Shown here: positions 37,487 to 48,080 of the stretch, piece by piece | Layout of the letters: every line of letters starts with the position of its first letter | Position numbering within the stretch: position 1 is the stretch's first letter | Position numbers and translations under genes: made by a program | NCBI GenBank assembly: GCA_951813565.1 | Contig: OX638351.1 | Span: forward strand, 3,744,001-3,808,000 | Origin: an uncultured Poribacteria bacterium | GTDB lineage: Bacteria > Poribacteria > WGA-4E > WGA-3G | Length of the DNA stretch: 64,000 nt | Direction of reading: 5' to 3' | Notes under the pieces: generated by a model | What the model saw: only the letters and a program-made list of their open reading frames with translations | Told to the model about the DNA's origin: nothing | Database searches by the model: none

Positions 37487-38812
37487 ATGAAAGCAATTTT
37501 GACTATGACAATGATGCTGGGTTTACTGATAGCTTCTGCAAACGCAGATACACCTGCGGAAAAGCCGAGTGAAGATGTCACCGAGGCACAGCACCAGAAA
37601 AACATTGAAATCTGCAAGCAGCATTTTCTCGAAATTGGCAAGGCGATTCAGGCATACAAGAAAGAACACGGTGATTTTCCACAATGGCTCTCAGAGCTTC
37701 ACCCGAAATATTTGCCAGATGCAAACCTCTTGCTTTGTCCTGCGGATAAAGAGGGCGGCAAGCCAGTCTCTTATTGGAACGCAGACCCGAAAATGCCTGT
37801 GAGTTATGGGTATGAGTTTCTTCCTAAAAACCGAGAGAAGAAAACTGAACAACGCAAAGTGTATGGCGATAACATACCGCTTGTCCGATGTCTACATCAC
37901 ATCAACTGGGATAAAGTCTCTAAAGAAGGTCTAAACTTGAGTTTTTCCTTCAAAATTTACAAGTCAGGTTTTAATTGGATCTCCACGCCGGCAGATATGT
38001 ATGGTAGCCCCGAAGCCGCTATTGCTGCCTTTGAAAACTCGCTTGCGAAATATCCGGATGATCGGCGGTTCTTTGATCTCTACCCACTACTCGTCGTACT
38101 CTACACCAAGGTCGGAAACGAACAATCAGCAGATGCCCTTATTGAACGTCTCAAGTCAGCAGGCATGATACCAGACAATAAGGGGTACCGCTCAGTGTTC
38201 GGGAAACTTAGGAACGCGGGGCTCTATGAGGAGCTGCTTGAGATTTTTAAGGCAGCTGAGCAGCGGCAGCCCGACGAGGGGGTTATCCTCGTGAGAATTG
38301 CCTACATTTATGAGAAATTGGGCAATACTGAACTCGCCGAAGTCTACTATCGGAAGGCTGATCCCAAATATGAATTGTGGGGAAAACCTGTGACAAACTT
38401 TTCCGCAACAGACCTTGATGGTAAGCCTATTTCGCTAAAGGACTATCGCGGCAAAGTGGTCTTGCTCGATTTTTGGGGTGTGTGGTGTGGTTTCTGCATT
38501 GACGAAATGCCGAATTTGAAGAAAATATACGCTACCTATAAGGATCAGGGGTTTGACATTATCGGTGTCAGTCTTGACGATGAGGAAGCAACACTGCGGG
38601 ACTACATTAAAGAGAATAACATCCAGTGGCGGCAGATTTACAGTGGCAAAAAGTGGGAGGAGGATCCACTTGCACAGCAGTTTAAAATTACGAGTGTTCC
38701 ATCACAGTGGCTTATTGATGGAGAGGGCAAATTAATCACGCATAAAGCCAGAGGGGAGAAGTTAGAAGGTCTCGTCGTGGAGGCACTCAAGGACAAAACC
38801 GAAAATAAATAA
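37487..38812 (+). CDS. Secreted TlpA-like thiol-disulfide oxidoreductase, paralog of the upstream C-terminal half
   Basis: Signal peptide; shared EIGKAIQAY.KEHGDFP.WLS region; DFWGVWCGFC. Confidence 0.9.
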   Translation: MKAILTMTMMLGLLIASANADTPAEKPSEDVTEAQHQKNIEICKQHFLEIGKAIQAYKKEHGDFPQWLSELHPKYLPDANLLLCPADKEGGKPVSYWNADPKMPVSYGYEFLPKNREKKTEQRKVYGDNIPLVRCLHHINWDKVSKEGLNLSFSFKIYKSGFNWISTPADMYGSPEAAIAAFENSLAKYPDDRRFFDLYPLLVVLYTKVGNEQSADALIERLKSAGMIPDNKGYRSVFGKLRNAGLYEELLEIFKAAEQRQPDEGVILVRIAYIYEKLGNTELAEVYYRKADPKYELWGKPVTNFSATDLDGKPISLKDYRGKVVLLDFWGVWCGFCIDEMPNLKKIYATYKDQGFDIIGVSLDDEEATLRDYIKENNIQWRQIYSGKKWEEDPLAQQFKITSVPSQWLIDGEGKLITHKARGEKLEGLVVEALKDKTENK

Positions 38813-38940
38813 CCAAATCTGTCAAAGAAAACGCGAAATGTGTATGCGGGATCTATGTCCCGTATACACATGGCAAATTTTGCTATCTTATGAGATATAA
38901 GTCTCTCAATAATTGCAAGCATAACTATAAAAGAACACTC

Positions 38941-39465
38941 ATGGAGAATAAAATGAAACGACTTTTGATACTTTTTCTTGTAGTCGGTGTAATTCTAAGT
39001 TGCGTAGCAATCTCATTAGAAGGTATACCTATCAAAGAATCTTCTGAACACCCACAAAAAATTAAAATATTACTTGATATCGCAGGTGAAAATGACCTTT
39101 TACCGTTAGTTACGAAACATCTGCTTGAAGCATTTAGTAATACTGAAAATGTAGATGTCGTCTTGGAAATTGGAGAAGGCGTATCCTATGTCTTATCCGT
39201 TGTTCTTGTGGAAGCACGCGCTGGGGAGAAGATGCAAAAAACTGATAATGTTGCTGCTTGTGTCCAATTTCTTGATTATTTTGACAATAGTATTCTCAAA
39301 CCAGATGTTGCTATTTCAAATTGGGAACGCGTTGACAATCTTACCGAAAACCTGATTGAGCATTCTCAAGTAGGTTTGTACCTATTTTCTAAAAACGAAT
39401 TGGGAAAAATGACAAACGGTGTTGTTTCTAAATTTCAGGAACTATTTTTGGAAAAGAATAAATAA
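38941..39465 (+). CDS. Hypothetical secreted protein
   Basis: Signal-peptide-like MKRLLILFLVVGVIL; no recognisable motif. Confidence 0.65.
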   Translation: MENKMKRLLILFLVVGVILSCVAISLEGIPIKESSEHPQKIKILLDIAGENDLLPLVTKHLLEAFSNTENVDVVLEIGEGVSYVLSVVLVEARAGEKMQKTDNVAACVQFLDYFDNSILKPDVAISNWERVDNLTENLIEHSQVGLYLFSKNELGKMTNGVVSKFQELFLEKNK

Positions 39466-39552
39466 AAGAAAATGATAGTCCATCGTATTTCTATTACCGT
39501 TTGGTAAGTGCATCGTTAACAGTGTTCAAGTAATTATATGTTTTCTATAAAC

Positions 39553-39992
39553 AATACCTTCGCCAAAAATGATTGAATAAATAAGGCTGTTGTCCTAAAG
39601 TTACCTAAGTTGCCACCTATGTAGCACAAACTTTATGAAGATTAATTTTTTAATTCGGTGATTTCTTGTTAGGTATATTCTGAATATGTCAAACGCTCTT
39701 CAGTCCCGACAAATGCCACACGCGCATTTGGCGTTGAAGCGAACCTCTCAATGTTTATGGTGAATGTGAGTGCTAAACTCATAGATACGCTCCGTTGTAA
39801 AAATACTGCGTCCAGTGTTTTAGACCTTAGGGCACACTACCGAGGTTTGAAGTATTTACACGAAACATTAAAAATACTTCCGCAAAAACCTGAACCTATT
39901 GTTATTCAACAAATCGCACAACATCTGGGAGCAATCGGTGCTATTCATCACACGCAACCTGAACTAAACCCCGGATAATTGGCGAAGGTATT
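39553..39992 (+). mobile_element. Internally deleted IS remnant containing MITE fragments
   Basis: 14-bp IRs AATACCTTCGCCAA / TTGGCGAAGGTATT; transposase-like C-terminal fragment (ANLSMFMVN...SVLDLRAHYRG) ends at the right IR. Confidence 0.65.
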
Positions 39993-40314
39993 CGTTTTAA
40001 GTATATTACGCGTTGTGCTAGTTAACATTTGGTATGTTTATATTTCACATGTTCGCCTCGTTTGGGTTTGGATTCCGAAACTTTTCCGATACCTGACAAC
40101 CTTAAGGTAGGAGGGAACTCCGATTCCCGACGACAAACGGGTCGCGATTCGGAAATCGCTCCCGCCAAATGCCAAAAGCGTATTTGGCGTTGATTCCAGA
40201 ATATGAACAGTTGTGAAAAATAACAAAACTGATACGTAACTGGCACAAGTCGTTATATTATAAAATAGTGTTGATGTCAAGCGATACAATGTAATAAAAA
40301 AACACCGCAAAACC

Positions 40315-40343
40315 TTTACATTGTTTTTGAAAGATGCTATAAT
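40315..40343 (+). promoter_or_regulatory. Sigma70-type promoter (extended -10) for aroK-aroB
   Basis: TTTACA-N17-TATAAT with TG upstream of -10. Confidence 0.6.
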
Positions 40344-40414
40344 TGGAAAACTTTATGCAATGCTCGTAAGTAGATACCCTTCGCTTGCGGAATTATAAGA
40401 AAGGCGCAAAACAG

Positions 40415-40999
40415 GTGAATCGACCACATAAAGAAAACCGTAATATCGTTCTTGTCGGTTTTATGGGAACAGGTAAAACCTCAATCGGTAAAAGGCTTTC
40501 CTCGCAACTTAGGATGCGTTATATTGATACAGACAGTGTTATTGAGAAGGATAGTCGGCGGCGTATTAGCGATATTTTTGCGCAAGATGGTGAAGATGTT
40601 TTTCGTCAACTTGAAAGCGAAGCGGTTAACAAAGTTTCCAAACTATACAATCATGTTATTTCTACTGGTGGCGGCGTTGTTTTAAAAGAGATAAACGTCA
40701 CTAAACTTAAAGAGAACGGTATCGTTTTCTGCTTAAGGGCAACACCAGAGGAAATCTATCGCCGTGTTGGTCATCAAACGCACCGTCCCCTGCTCCAAAC
40801 CCCCGATGCAATGGAAACAATTCGAACAATGTTAGCAGCACGCGCGCCTTATTATGCACAAGCGGATCACACAGTCGAAACAACCGATAGATCGTTTGAA
40901 GAAGTCATAGCAGACATAAGAAGGATCTATTTTAAGACAAGTAAAACATCAAGGACAAAATATACGACAAAGCAAAATGATAAAAACTTTACACGTTGA
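40415..40999 (+). CDS. aroK: Shikimate kinase
   Basis: GFMGTGKT, DTD, STGGG, RPLL. Confidence 0.95.
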   Translation: MNRPHKENRNIVLVGFMGTGKTSIGKRLSSQLRMRYIDTDSVIEKDSRRRISDIFAQDGEDVFRQLESEAVNKVSKLYNHVISTGGGVVLKEINVTKLKENGIVFCLRATPEEIYRRVGHQTHRPLLQTPDAMETIRTMLAARAPYYAQADHTVETTDRSFEEVIADIRRIYFKTSKTSRTKYTTKQNDKNFTR

Positions 41000-42065
41000 A
41001 CTTAATGAAAACAGTTATCCGCTTTTCGTCGGGGCAGGGATTCTCAACCAAATTGGTGAATTTCTTAAATCTCAGGCAAAATCTACGAAGGTGTTTGTTG
41101 TAACAGACACTTTCGTAAAACATCAGTATGCTCCGTTGGTGTTGGAAAGTTTAAAGGATGTTGGGTTTGATGTTGCTATCATTGATGTTCCTGTCGGGGA
41201 AGAAAGTAAATCGTTAGAACAGTTATCTCGAGTACTGGATAGTTTAATTGATAACCAACTTGATAGAGGTGCAACGCTTATCGCTCTTGGTGGCGGTGTT
41301 ATTGGCGATTTAGGAGGGTTTGCTGCTGCTGTCTACATGCGAGGTATCGCGTATGTGCAAATCCCAACAACTTTGCAGGCACAGGTAGATGCAAGCGTTG
41401 GTGGTAAAACAGCAATTAATCATCCAAAAGGTAAGAACCTCATCGGTGCTTTTCATCAGCCGAAATTGGTGCTGATTGACGTGGATACGCTCAAAACCTT
41501 ACCGCAACGGGATATCCAATCAGGACTGATTGAGGTAATTAAGATAGGGGTTATCCGCGATGAACCTTTGTTTGAAATGGTAGAAGAAAACCTGTCCGCT
41601 ATATTAAATTTAGAGACAGAGACGTTAATTGAGATGATCGCCTGCGCCTGTGCTAACAAAGCAGAGATTGTCGCAAAAGATGAAAAAGAGAGCGGATTGC
41701 GGATGGTGCTAAACTATGGACATACTTTCGGTCATGCACTTGAGGCATTGACACACTATAAGAAATACCGACACGGAGAGGCTGTTTCTATCGGAATGAA
41801 TTGCGCTGCAAAATTGGCGGTTAATTTAGGGATGTTCTCTGAAACAGATTTTGAACGTCAACGCGCGCTTTTAAATCGCGCGAAATTGCCACTCACTTTT
41901 CCTTATGATATTTCTCCCGAAGCACTATGCGGTGCGATGTCCCTTGATAAAAAAACGCTAAGTGGTAGACTCCGCCTCATATTGCCGACACGGATCGGCG
42001 AAGTTGTTATCCGAGACGATGTGACAGACACAAAGATTATAGAAGCAATTTCACAATGTTATTAG
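40977..42065 (+). CDS. aroB: 3-dehydroquinate synthase
   Basis: LGGGVIGD, PTTL..QVDASVGGKT, NYGHTFGHALE, HGEAV. Confidence 0.97.
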   Translation: MIKTLHVELNENSYPLFVGAGILNQIGEFLKSQAKSTKVFVVTDTFVKHQYAPLVLESLKDVGFDVAIIDVPVGEESKSLEQLSRVLDSLIDNQLDRGATLIALGGGVIGDLGGFAAAVYMRGIAYVQIPTTLQAQVDASVGGKTAINHPKGKNLIGAFHQPKLVLIDVDTLKTLPQRDIQSGLIEVIKIGVIRDEPLFEMVEENLSAILNLETETLIEMIACACANKAEIVAKDEKESGLRMVLNYGHTFGHALEALTHYKKYRHGEAVSIGMNCAAKLAVNLGMFSETDFERQRALLNRAKLPLTFPYDISPEALCGAMSLDKKTLSGRLRLILPTRIGEVVIRDDVTDTKIIEAISQCY

Positions 42066-42095
42066 TTTTTAACGCTAACTCTTTTAGAGGAATTT

Positions 42096-43253
42096 ATGAC
42101 ACAAAACAAAACAATTTTATGGATTGTTGCTTGTTCGGTTTTATTCCTATGCGGCACCTTTGCGTTTAGCCAGGAACCTACGGTTACACCTCCCTCAAAC
42201 GCCACTGCAGTCGATACCCCAAACGACGATGGCTCAAGCATCACTATTACATGGGACGCAGCACCCGAAGATAGCGGTATTATAGGATATGTGATTCTAC
42301 GAAACAGTGATGCGGGAGAGTTTGAGGTAATAGCTGCTGAGTTGAAAGCAGACGCAACACTATATAAAGATAGCAAGGTAATAAAAGGTAAGACACATGC
42401 ATATATTGTGCGTGCTGTTTATGAAAACGAAACCCTTGTGGATTCCGTGCAAACTGCTGCTGTGAAAGCCAAGGGACAGTGGTTTCATACAGGCAAAATC
42501 GCTCTCTTTCTTGCCATGCTTCTTTTTTCAGCAGCGATTTTATGGAATATCTATCATGCGCGGAGTGGGAAAGAGGTATTTATTAGACGTATTCCGGGTT
42601 TGGAGGCAGTTGAAGAAGCCATCGGCAGAGCAACCGAAATGGGGCGTTCGATTCTTTACATATTAGGGTTAGGCGATGTAGACAATGTTGCTACTATTGC
42701 CAGTATGACGATTTTGGGACAAGTTGCACGTCGGACTGCTGATTACGAAACGCCTTTACGTGTTCCTTGTCGGGACCCAGTTGTACTAAACGTAGTACGT
42801 GAGATGGTGAAAACCTCTTATCTTGACGAAGGTCGCCCTGATGCTTACAACGAGGATGATATTTTCTTTCTTACTAACGAACAATTTGCTTATGCCGCTG
42901 GTGTCAACGGTATAATGATTCGCGAAAAACCTGCAGCCATATTCTTACAAGGGCAGTTTTTCGCGGAATCGCTTCTTATGGCAGAAACCGGTAATTCTAT
43001 CGGCGCAATACAGATTGCTGGAACAGATTCTGAGCATCAGCTTCCTTTCTTCATCGCAGCGTGTGACTATACCTTAATTGGTGAAGAACTGTATGCTGCA
43101 ACAGCTTATCTATCTAAAGATCCGATGTTTCTTGGAAGCCTCAGAGGACAAGATTGGGGTAAACTGGTCATCTTTGCAGGGATCATCATTGGCGTGTCAC
43201 TTGAGTTTTTCGGTATCAACTGGATCACAACACTCTTGCAACGGGTGAGTTAG
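42096..43253 (+). CDS. Fibronectin-III plus DUF6754-like membrane protein
   Basis: Signal peptide, FN3-like (ITITWD, GYVILR, YIVRA), TM, then IRRIPGLEAVEEAIGRATEMGR. Confidence 0.75.
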   Translation: MTQNKTILWIVACSVLFLCGTFAFSQEPTVTPPSNATAVDTPNDDGSSITITWDAAPEDSGIIGYVILRNSDAGEFEVIAAELKADATLYKDSKVIKGKTHAYIVRAVYENETLVDSVQTAAVKAKGQWFHTGKIALFLAMLLFSAAILWNIYHARSGKEVFIRRIPGLEAVEEAIGRATEMGRSILYILGLGDVDNVATIASMTILGQVARRTADYETPLRVPCRDPVVLNVVREMVKTSYLDEGRPDAYNEDDIFFLTNEQFAYAAGVNGIMIREKPAAIFLQGQFFAESLLMAETGNSIGAIQIAGTDSEHQLPFFIAACDYTLIGEELYAATAYLSKDPMFLGSLRGQDWGKLVIFAGIIIGVSLEFFGINWITTLLQRVS

Positions 43254-43261
43254 GAGGTTTA

Positions 43262-43945
43262 ATGAAGCGACAAGTACCCTTAGCACTCTGCTTCCTTTTT
43301 GGTGTAGCAATGATCATTACGCAGTTCAGTCCACATTCATATTCTCAAGCAGTTTATAGAGAGGTTATTGTCTGGGGACTCATAATATCGCCTTTCGCGT
43401 TAGTATTGGCAGTGGCAACTCTTGTCCAAACTCACGTGTCGCGAGTTCGTTTTCGTTCAGAACATTGGCAGTACAGTTTGGTTGTATTCGCAGGTATGAT
43501 AGTTATGGTTTTTGCAGGAGTGCCGTTTGGACCGCAAAACTCAATATTTGTATGGTTATATGACAATGTTCAAGTGCCAATGGATGCAACGATGTTTTCT
43601 TTGCTTGCCTTCTTTATTGCTTCGGCAGCGTTTCGTGCTTTCCGCGCACGAGCGTTTGAAGCAACGCTACTTCTTATCGCAGCCATGATTGTTATGATGG
43701 GAAATGTGCCAGTAGGTGATCTAATTTGGAATAACCTAATTTCTTGGATTCCAGGGGCAGACAATCCGGAAAGCTGGGTAAACAGCTTTGCTGACGGTGC
43801 GTCAAGGATTCGCCAATGGATATTAGATATTCCAAATGGTGCAGCACGACGCGGGATTATCCTTGGCGTAAGTTTAGGAGTCATCTCACAATCAATCCGA
43901 ATTATATTGGGAATTGAACGTTCGTATCTTGGTGGAGGAGATTAG
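43262..43945 (+). CDS. Uncharacterised polytopic membrane protein
   Basis: AGGAGG RBS; ~6 TMs; LLAFFIASAAFRAFR; C-terminal RIILGIERSY. Confidence 0.8.
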   Translation: MKRQVPLALCFLFGVAMIITQFSPHSYSQAVYREVIVWGLIISPFALVLAVATLVQTHVSRVRFRSEHWQYSLVVFAGMIVMVFAGVPFGPQNSIFVWLYDNVQVPMDATMFSLLAFFIASAAFRAFRARAFEATLLLIAAMIVMMGNVPVGDLIWNNLISWIPGADNPESWVNSFADGASRIRQWILDIPNGAARRGIILGVSLGVISQSIRIILGIERSYLGGGD

Positions 43946-43948
43946 TTA

Positions 43949-44764
43949 ATGATTGAAAAATTCATGAATATGGATAGGCGAATAATTTTTATATTAGTTG
44001 CTTTAGTGGTTATCATACCAACTCTGATCCCTGTCAGGTTGCCAATTACAGTCTCAGAACCGACACAAAAACTGTACGACTTTATTGAGGAACTTCCATC
44101 AGGATCAACTATTATGATGGCTTTTGATTATGGTCCATCCTCTCTCGCAGAACCGGAACCGATGGCAAAGGCTGTTATGCAGCACTGTTTCAGTAAAGGC
44201 GTGAGAGTCATCGGTATGACACTTCTTCCCAATACACCAACCTTAGCTGATAAACTCATGCGGAAAATAGCAGCAGAAAACAATGCTGTGTATGGTCAAG
44301 ATTATGTATTTTTGGGTTATCGCCCTGGAATGCTACCGGTTATGCTCGGAATGGGGACGAACATCGCAAACGTTTTTGAGACCGATTACGAGAAAACACC
44401 TCTTACCGAAATTCCGATGATGGAGAATATTACAAACTATGATCAGATTGATCTGCTGCTTGATCTTGCTTCTGGCAGCACAACCGAATACTGGATCATT
44501 TATGCAAACACAAGATATAATTTGAAAATTGCTGCAGGCGTTACTGCTGTCATTATCGCTCAGATGTACCCTTATCTGCAATCAGGACAGTTGGTCGGCA
44601 TGATGCCCGGTTATTTGGGAGCTGCTCAGTATGAGAAACTTTTGAATGCCCCTGGAGATGGAACTATAGGGTTAAACACCGCATCCTTTGCACATCTTCT
44701 GATTATCGCATTGGTTATTTTGGGCAATGTCGCTTTTTTCATTCTTCAAGGAAGGGAGGAGTAA
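43949..44764 (+). CDS. Uncharacterised membrane protein with an extracytoplasmic domain
   Basis: N- and C-terminal TMs; YGQDYVFLGY; PYLQSGQLVG. Confidence 0.8.
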   Translation: MIEKFMNMDRRIIFILVALVVIIPTLIPVRLPITVSEPTQKLYDFIEELPSGSTIMMAFDYGPSSLAEPEPMAKAVMQHCFSKGVRVIGMTLLPNTPTLADKLMRKIAAENNAVYGQDYVFLGYRPGMLPVMLGMGTNIANVFETDYEKTPLTEIPMMENITNYDQIDLLLDLASGSTTEYWIIYANTRYNLKIAAGVTAVIIAQMYPYLQSGQLVGMMPGYLGAAQYEKLLNAPGDGTIGLNTASFAHLLIIALVILGNVAFFILQGREE

Positions 44765-44767
44765 TTG

Positions 44768-45520
44768 ATGGAACTTTTTGGCATCTGGATTGCAGCGTTC
44801 TTAACGCTCTGCATCTACAGTTTTCTTTACCGAGATAATCCCTTCTATCGGTTTGCAGAACACCTTTTTGTCGGAATATCAGTCGGATACGGAATTGTAA
44901 TTGCGATTCACCAAGGAGTCATCCCATTAGCTTGGGTGCCTTTATCTGAAGCAGTGGCAGCACTCTGGACCGAGACAACAGCGATGGTTGGGTCCTGGTT
45001 CGGGACAGAAAGGGAAGTAGCACCAGAAACGACAAACGCACTTTGGGGACTATTTAAGATAATTCCTATTGCTATCGGTTTACTGTTTTTCGCGCGCTTG
45101 TCTCCTCGTTACAACTGGTTAGTTCGTTATCCTATTGCTATTCTTATTGGGTTTGGTGCAGGTATCGCAATCCCAAATATGTTGCAGGCGAACATTTTTG
45201 AGCAAACACGTGGTACAATTGAGCCATTTGCCTCTATTGGACCGTTTGTTGATGTTCCCCCAGACGCAAGATTATCTATTCTTGATATTTTCGGTGCGAT
45301 CTTGATGGTTATTGGTGTAATGTGTACACTCACTTATTTTTTCTTTTCTGTGGAACACCGTGGTCCCATCAATTGGCTTTCAAAGGTCGGTATTGCTTTC
45401 CTTATGGTAGGATTTGGTGCGGCGTTCGGAAACACTGTTATGGGTCGTGTTGCGCTGATGATTCACCGTGTCGGCTTCCTCATAAACGAATGGCTTGGCT
45501 CAATTGGTGCGCTGTTCTGA
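44768..45520 (+). CDS. Uncharacterised polytopic membrane protein
   Basis: YSFLYRDNPFYRFAEHLFVG; FLMVGFGAAFGNTVMGR. Confidence 0.8.
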   Translation: MELFGIWIAAFLTLCIYSFLYRDNPFYRFAEHLFVGISVGYGIVIAIHQGVIPLAWVPLSEAVAALWTETTAMVGSWFGTEREVAPETTNALWGLFKIIPIAIGLLFFARLSPRYNWLVRYPIAILIGFGAGIAIPNMLQANIFEQTRGTIEPFASIGPFVDVPPDARLSILDIFGAILMVIGVMCTLTYFFFSVEHRGPINWLSKVGIAFLMVGFGAAFGNTVMGRVALMIHRVGFLINEWLGSIGALF

Positions 45521-45540
45521 CAAGACACAACCGTCAAGTT

Positions 45541-45744
45541 TGTAGGAGGGAACTCCGGGGAATGCCTAAAGACGAATGCGCTTGGTATTCTACATGATTC
45601 GCCATGATTCATACCCGCCAAATGCCTAAATGGCATTTGTAGCGTTGATTTCTTGATTTGGATTCCCGACAACATAAGGTCACGATTCGGAGATCGCTCC
45701 TACAAAGAGTTTGGGTGGGTCGCGATTCGGAGATCGTTCCTACA
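45541..45744. repeat. Nested REP cluster
   Basis: TGTAGGAGGGAACTC, two copies of GGTC(A/G)CGATTCGGAGATCG(C/T)TCCTACA, and a block shared with 59916-59990. Confidence 0.7.
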
Positions 45745-45783
45745 AAGACAAGGAACTTACCTCAACCTTAAGGAGAAAACCAC

Positions 45784-46626
45784 ATGAAAATCGGATATAG
45801 CACATGGGGAATGCCTACCGTTCCTGTAGATACTGCTATTTCCCATATTGCGAACCTCGGATTTGATGGGATTGAACTGACCATCATCCCACGTTTTACC
45901 ACTGAGCTTAGCACACTTGATGCAGCAGAACGGGAACGCATTGCTACTTTGCTGAAACAGCATAATTTAGCGTTACCAGCAATCGCAGCACATTCCAACC
46001 TGTTAGAGACCGATGCGGATGCACATGCAAAAAACATGTGGCGACTTAAAGGCGGCGTTGATTTGGCTGTTGAACTCACACAAGGGGATGAACTACCTGC
46101 CGTTAATACTACACCTGGTGGAAAACCGGATCAGTGGGAAACAAAAAAAGATTTTCTTGCAGAAAGAGTTGGTGAGTTGGTTGATTATGGCGCATCGCGC
46201 GGTGTAACCATTGCCATGGAACCTCACATTGGCGCAATCATTGATACCCCTGACAAAGTGCTTGAACTGCTTGAAATCGTCAATTCTCCATACCTTAAAG
46301 TTAACTTTGACATTAGCCACTTTGACATTGTTGGCATACCGACTGAGGAGACAGTATCTGCGTTAGCGGCTGTTTCGGCACATACACATGTCAAGGATCA
46401 ACGTGGGATTCACCCTGATTTTGAATTCCTCATCCCTGGAGAAGGCACGTTTGATTATGTTGATTATCTTAAAAGGATGCAAGCACACGGGTATAATGGG
46501 TTTATTACTGCAGAGGTGAGTTTTATGGTGCAGGCACGTGAAAACTACGATCCGCTTGCGGCTGCCACCTTATCATACCAAACGTTGTCTAAAGCGTTTG
46601 TTGATGCGGGAATTGAACGGAATTGA
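45784..46626 (+). CDS. Sugar phosphate isomerase/epimerase (xylose-isomerase-like TIM barrel)
   Basis: GFDGIE, AMEPH, FDISH, HTHVKD, PGEG. Confidence 0.85.
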   Translation: MKIGYSTWGMPTVPVDTAISHIANLGFDGIELTIIPRFTTELSTLDAAERERIATLLKQHNLALPAIAAHSNLLETDADAHAKNMWRLKGGVDLAVELTQGDELPAVNTTPGGKPDQWETKKDFLAERVGELVDYGASRGVTIAMEPHIGAIIDTPDKVLELLEIVNSPYLKVNFDISHFDIVGIPTEETVSALAAVSAHTHVKDQRGIHPDFEFLIPGEGTFDYVDYLKRMQAHGYNGFITAEVSFMVQARENYDPLAAATLSYQTLSKAFVDAGIERN

Positions 46627-46652
46627 TACGAATTCAAACCTATAAGGAAAGC

Positions 46653-48032
46653 ATGAAACCTAATATTCTTCTTCTCATGACAGACCAACAACGGTGGGAT
46701 GCAATGGGTTGCAGTGGTGGCTGGGTGCAGACACCAAATTTAGATCGGATTGCAAGTGAAGGTATCCGATTTACCAACTGCGTTACCACATCTCCAGTTT
46801 GTATCCCTACTCGGCTTAGTTTGGCAACAGGGCTTTACCCACACAACACTGGTGTTTGGAATAATATGAATCACACGATGTCGGCAGAAACACCGACTTG
46901 GATGCAAGCGGTGCGTGACGCTGGCTATCGGACAAGTCTGTTTGGAAAGACACATCTTCATCCGCACAACGGTGATTTGCGCGAAAAAGAAGGGTTGATG
47001 AACGAATATGGATTAGATGATGTTGACGAAATAGGAGGTCCGCGAGCAAGTACCCGTGTGAAGTCGCACATGACAGCGATGTGGGAAGAGAAAGGTTTGT
47101 GGGATGGATACCGTGCTGATTATCGGGAGCGATTCAGCACGAAACCTTACATAGTTCGTCCTTCAACGCTTGGTCTTGAAAACTATGCGGATGTCTACGT
47201 CGGACAACAAGCGAAGCAGTATCTGAAAAATTATGATAGACCAGAACCTTGGTGCTGTTGGGTCAGTTTCGGTGGTCCTCATGAACCTTGGGATACACCT
47301 GAACCCTATGCCAGTATGTACAACCCGAATGACATGCCACCACCAATCCCTCGGCCCTCCACCGGAAATCGCCCTCGCGGTAATTTAGATAGTATGATGG
47401 ATCGGATGAATCCTAAATTTGAAGAGGGTGAAGTCGGAAGATTGCGTGCGGACTATGCCGGGAATGTCACACTCATTGATGCACAAATTGGCGAAATCCT
47501 TGATGCAATTCAGGTACGTGGTGAACTGGAAAATACCGTTATCGTTCACTGCTCCGACCATGGCGAAATGAATGGTGATTATGGGTTGATTTACAAAAGT
47601 AATTTTCTCAACGGTGCTGTCCGCATCCCGTTCCTTGTACGTACGCCAGAAACCTTGAAAGATGTTACATCTGATCGTATCTGTGAAAGTCCCGTTGAAT
47701 GGATCGATATTGGCCCTACGCTTGTTGAATTAGCAGGTGGAGAGATGAAGCATCGTCAATTTGGTAAATCCTTGTGTCCTACACTGAATAACACCGAAAC
47801 ACCCCACCGTGAATTTGCAATCTCCGAAATATCTGGTGAGATAATGCTACTAAATCAAAAGTGGAAAATCGCGTTAAATTCTGACGGGATACCCTATCTC
47901 TTATTTGATGTGCAAAACGACCCGGATGAAACAAATAATCTCGCTGGCTTACCTGAGATGAAAGAATTAGAGACAGAATTACGATTGCAAATTTTAGAAT
48001 ACCTGTGCCACACCCAAACAAAAAAGCAATAG
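46653..48032 (+). CDS. Formylglycine-dependent sulfatase
   Basis: PNILLLMTDQQR, CIPTR (CxPxR), GKTH, PHEP, SDHGE. Confidence 0.92.
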   Translation: MKPNILLLMTDQQRWDAMGCSGGWVQTPNLDRIASEGIRFTNCVTTSPVCIPTRLSLATGLYPHNTGVWNNMNHTMSAETPTWMQAVRDAGYRTSLFGKTHLHPHNGDLREKEGLMNEYGLDDVDEIGGPRASTRVKSHMTAMWEEKGLWDGYRADYRERFSTKPYIVRPSTLGLENYADVYVGQQAKQYLKNYDRPEPWCCWVSFGGPHEPWDTPEPYASMYNPNDMPPPIPRPSTGNRPRGNLDSMMDRMNPKFEEGEVGRLRADYAGNVTLIDAQIGEILDAIQVRGELENTVIVHCSDHGEMNGDYGLIYKSNFLNGAVRIPFLVRTPETLKDVTSDRICESPVEWIDIGPTLVELAGGEMKHRQFGKSLCPTLNNTETPHREFAISEISGEIMLLNQKWKIALNSDGIPYLLFDVQNDPDETNNLAGLPEMKELETELRLQILEYLCHTQTKKQ

Positions 48033-48080
48033 GGTTATTGTTTTTTATTGACAGTAAGAATCTTAAAAGCGGGATTTCTC

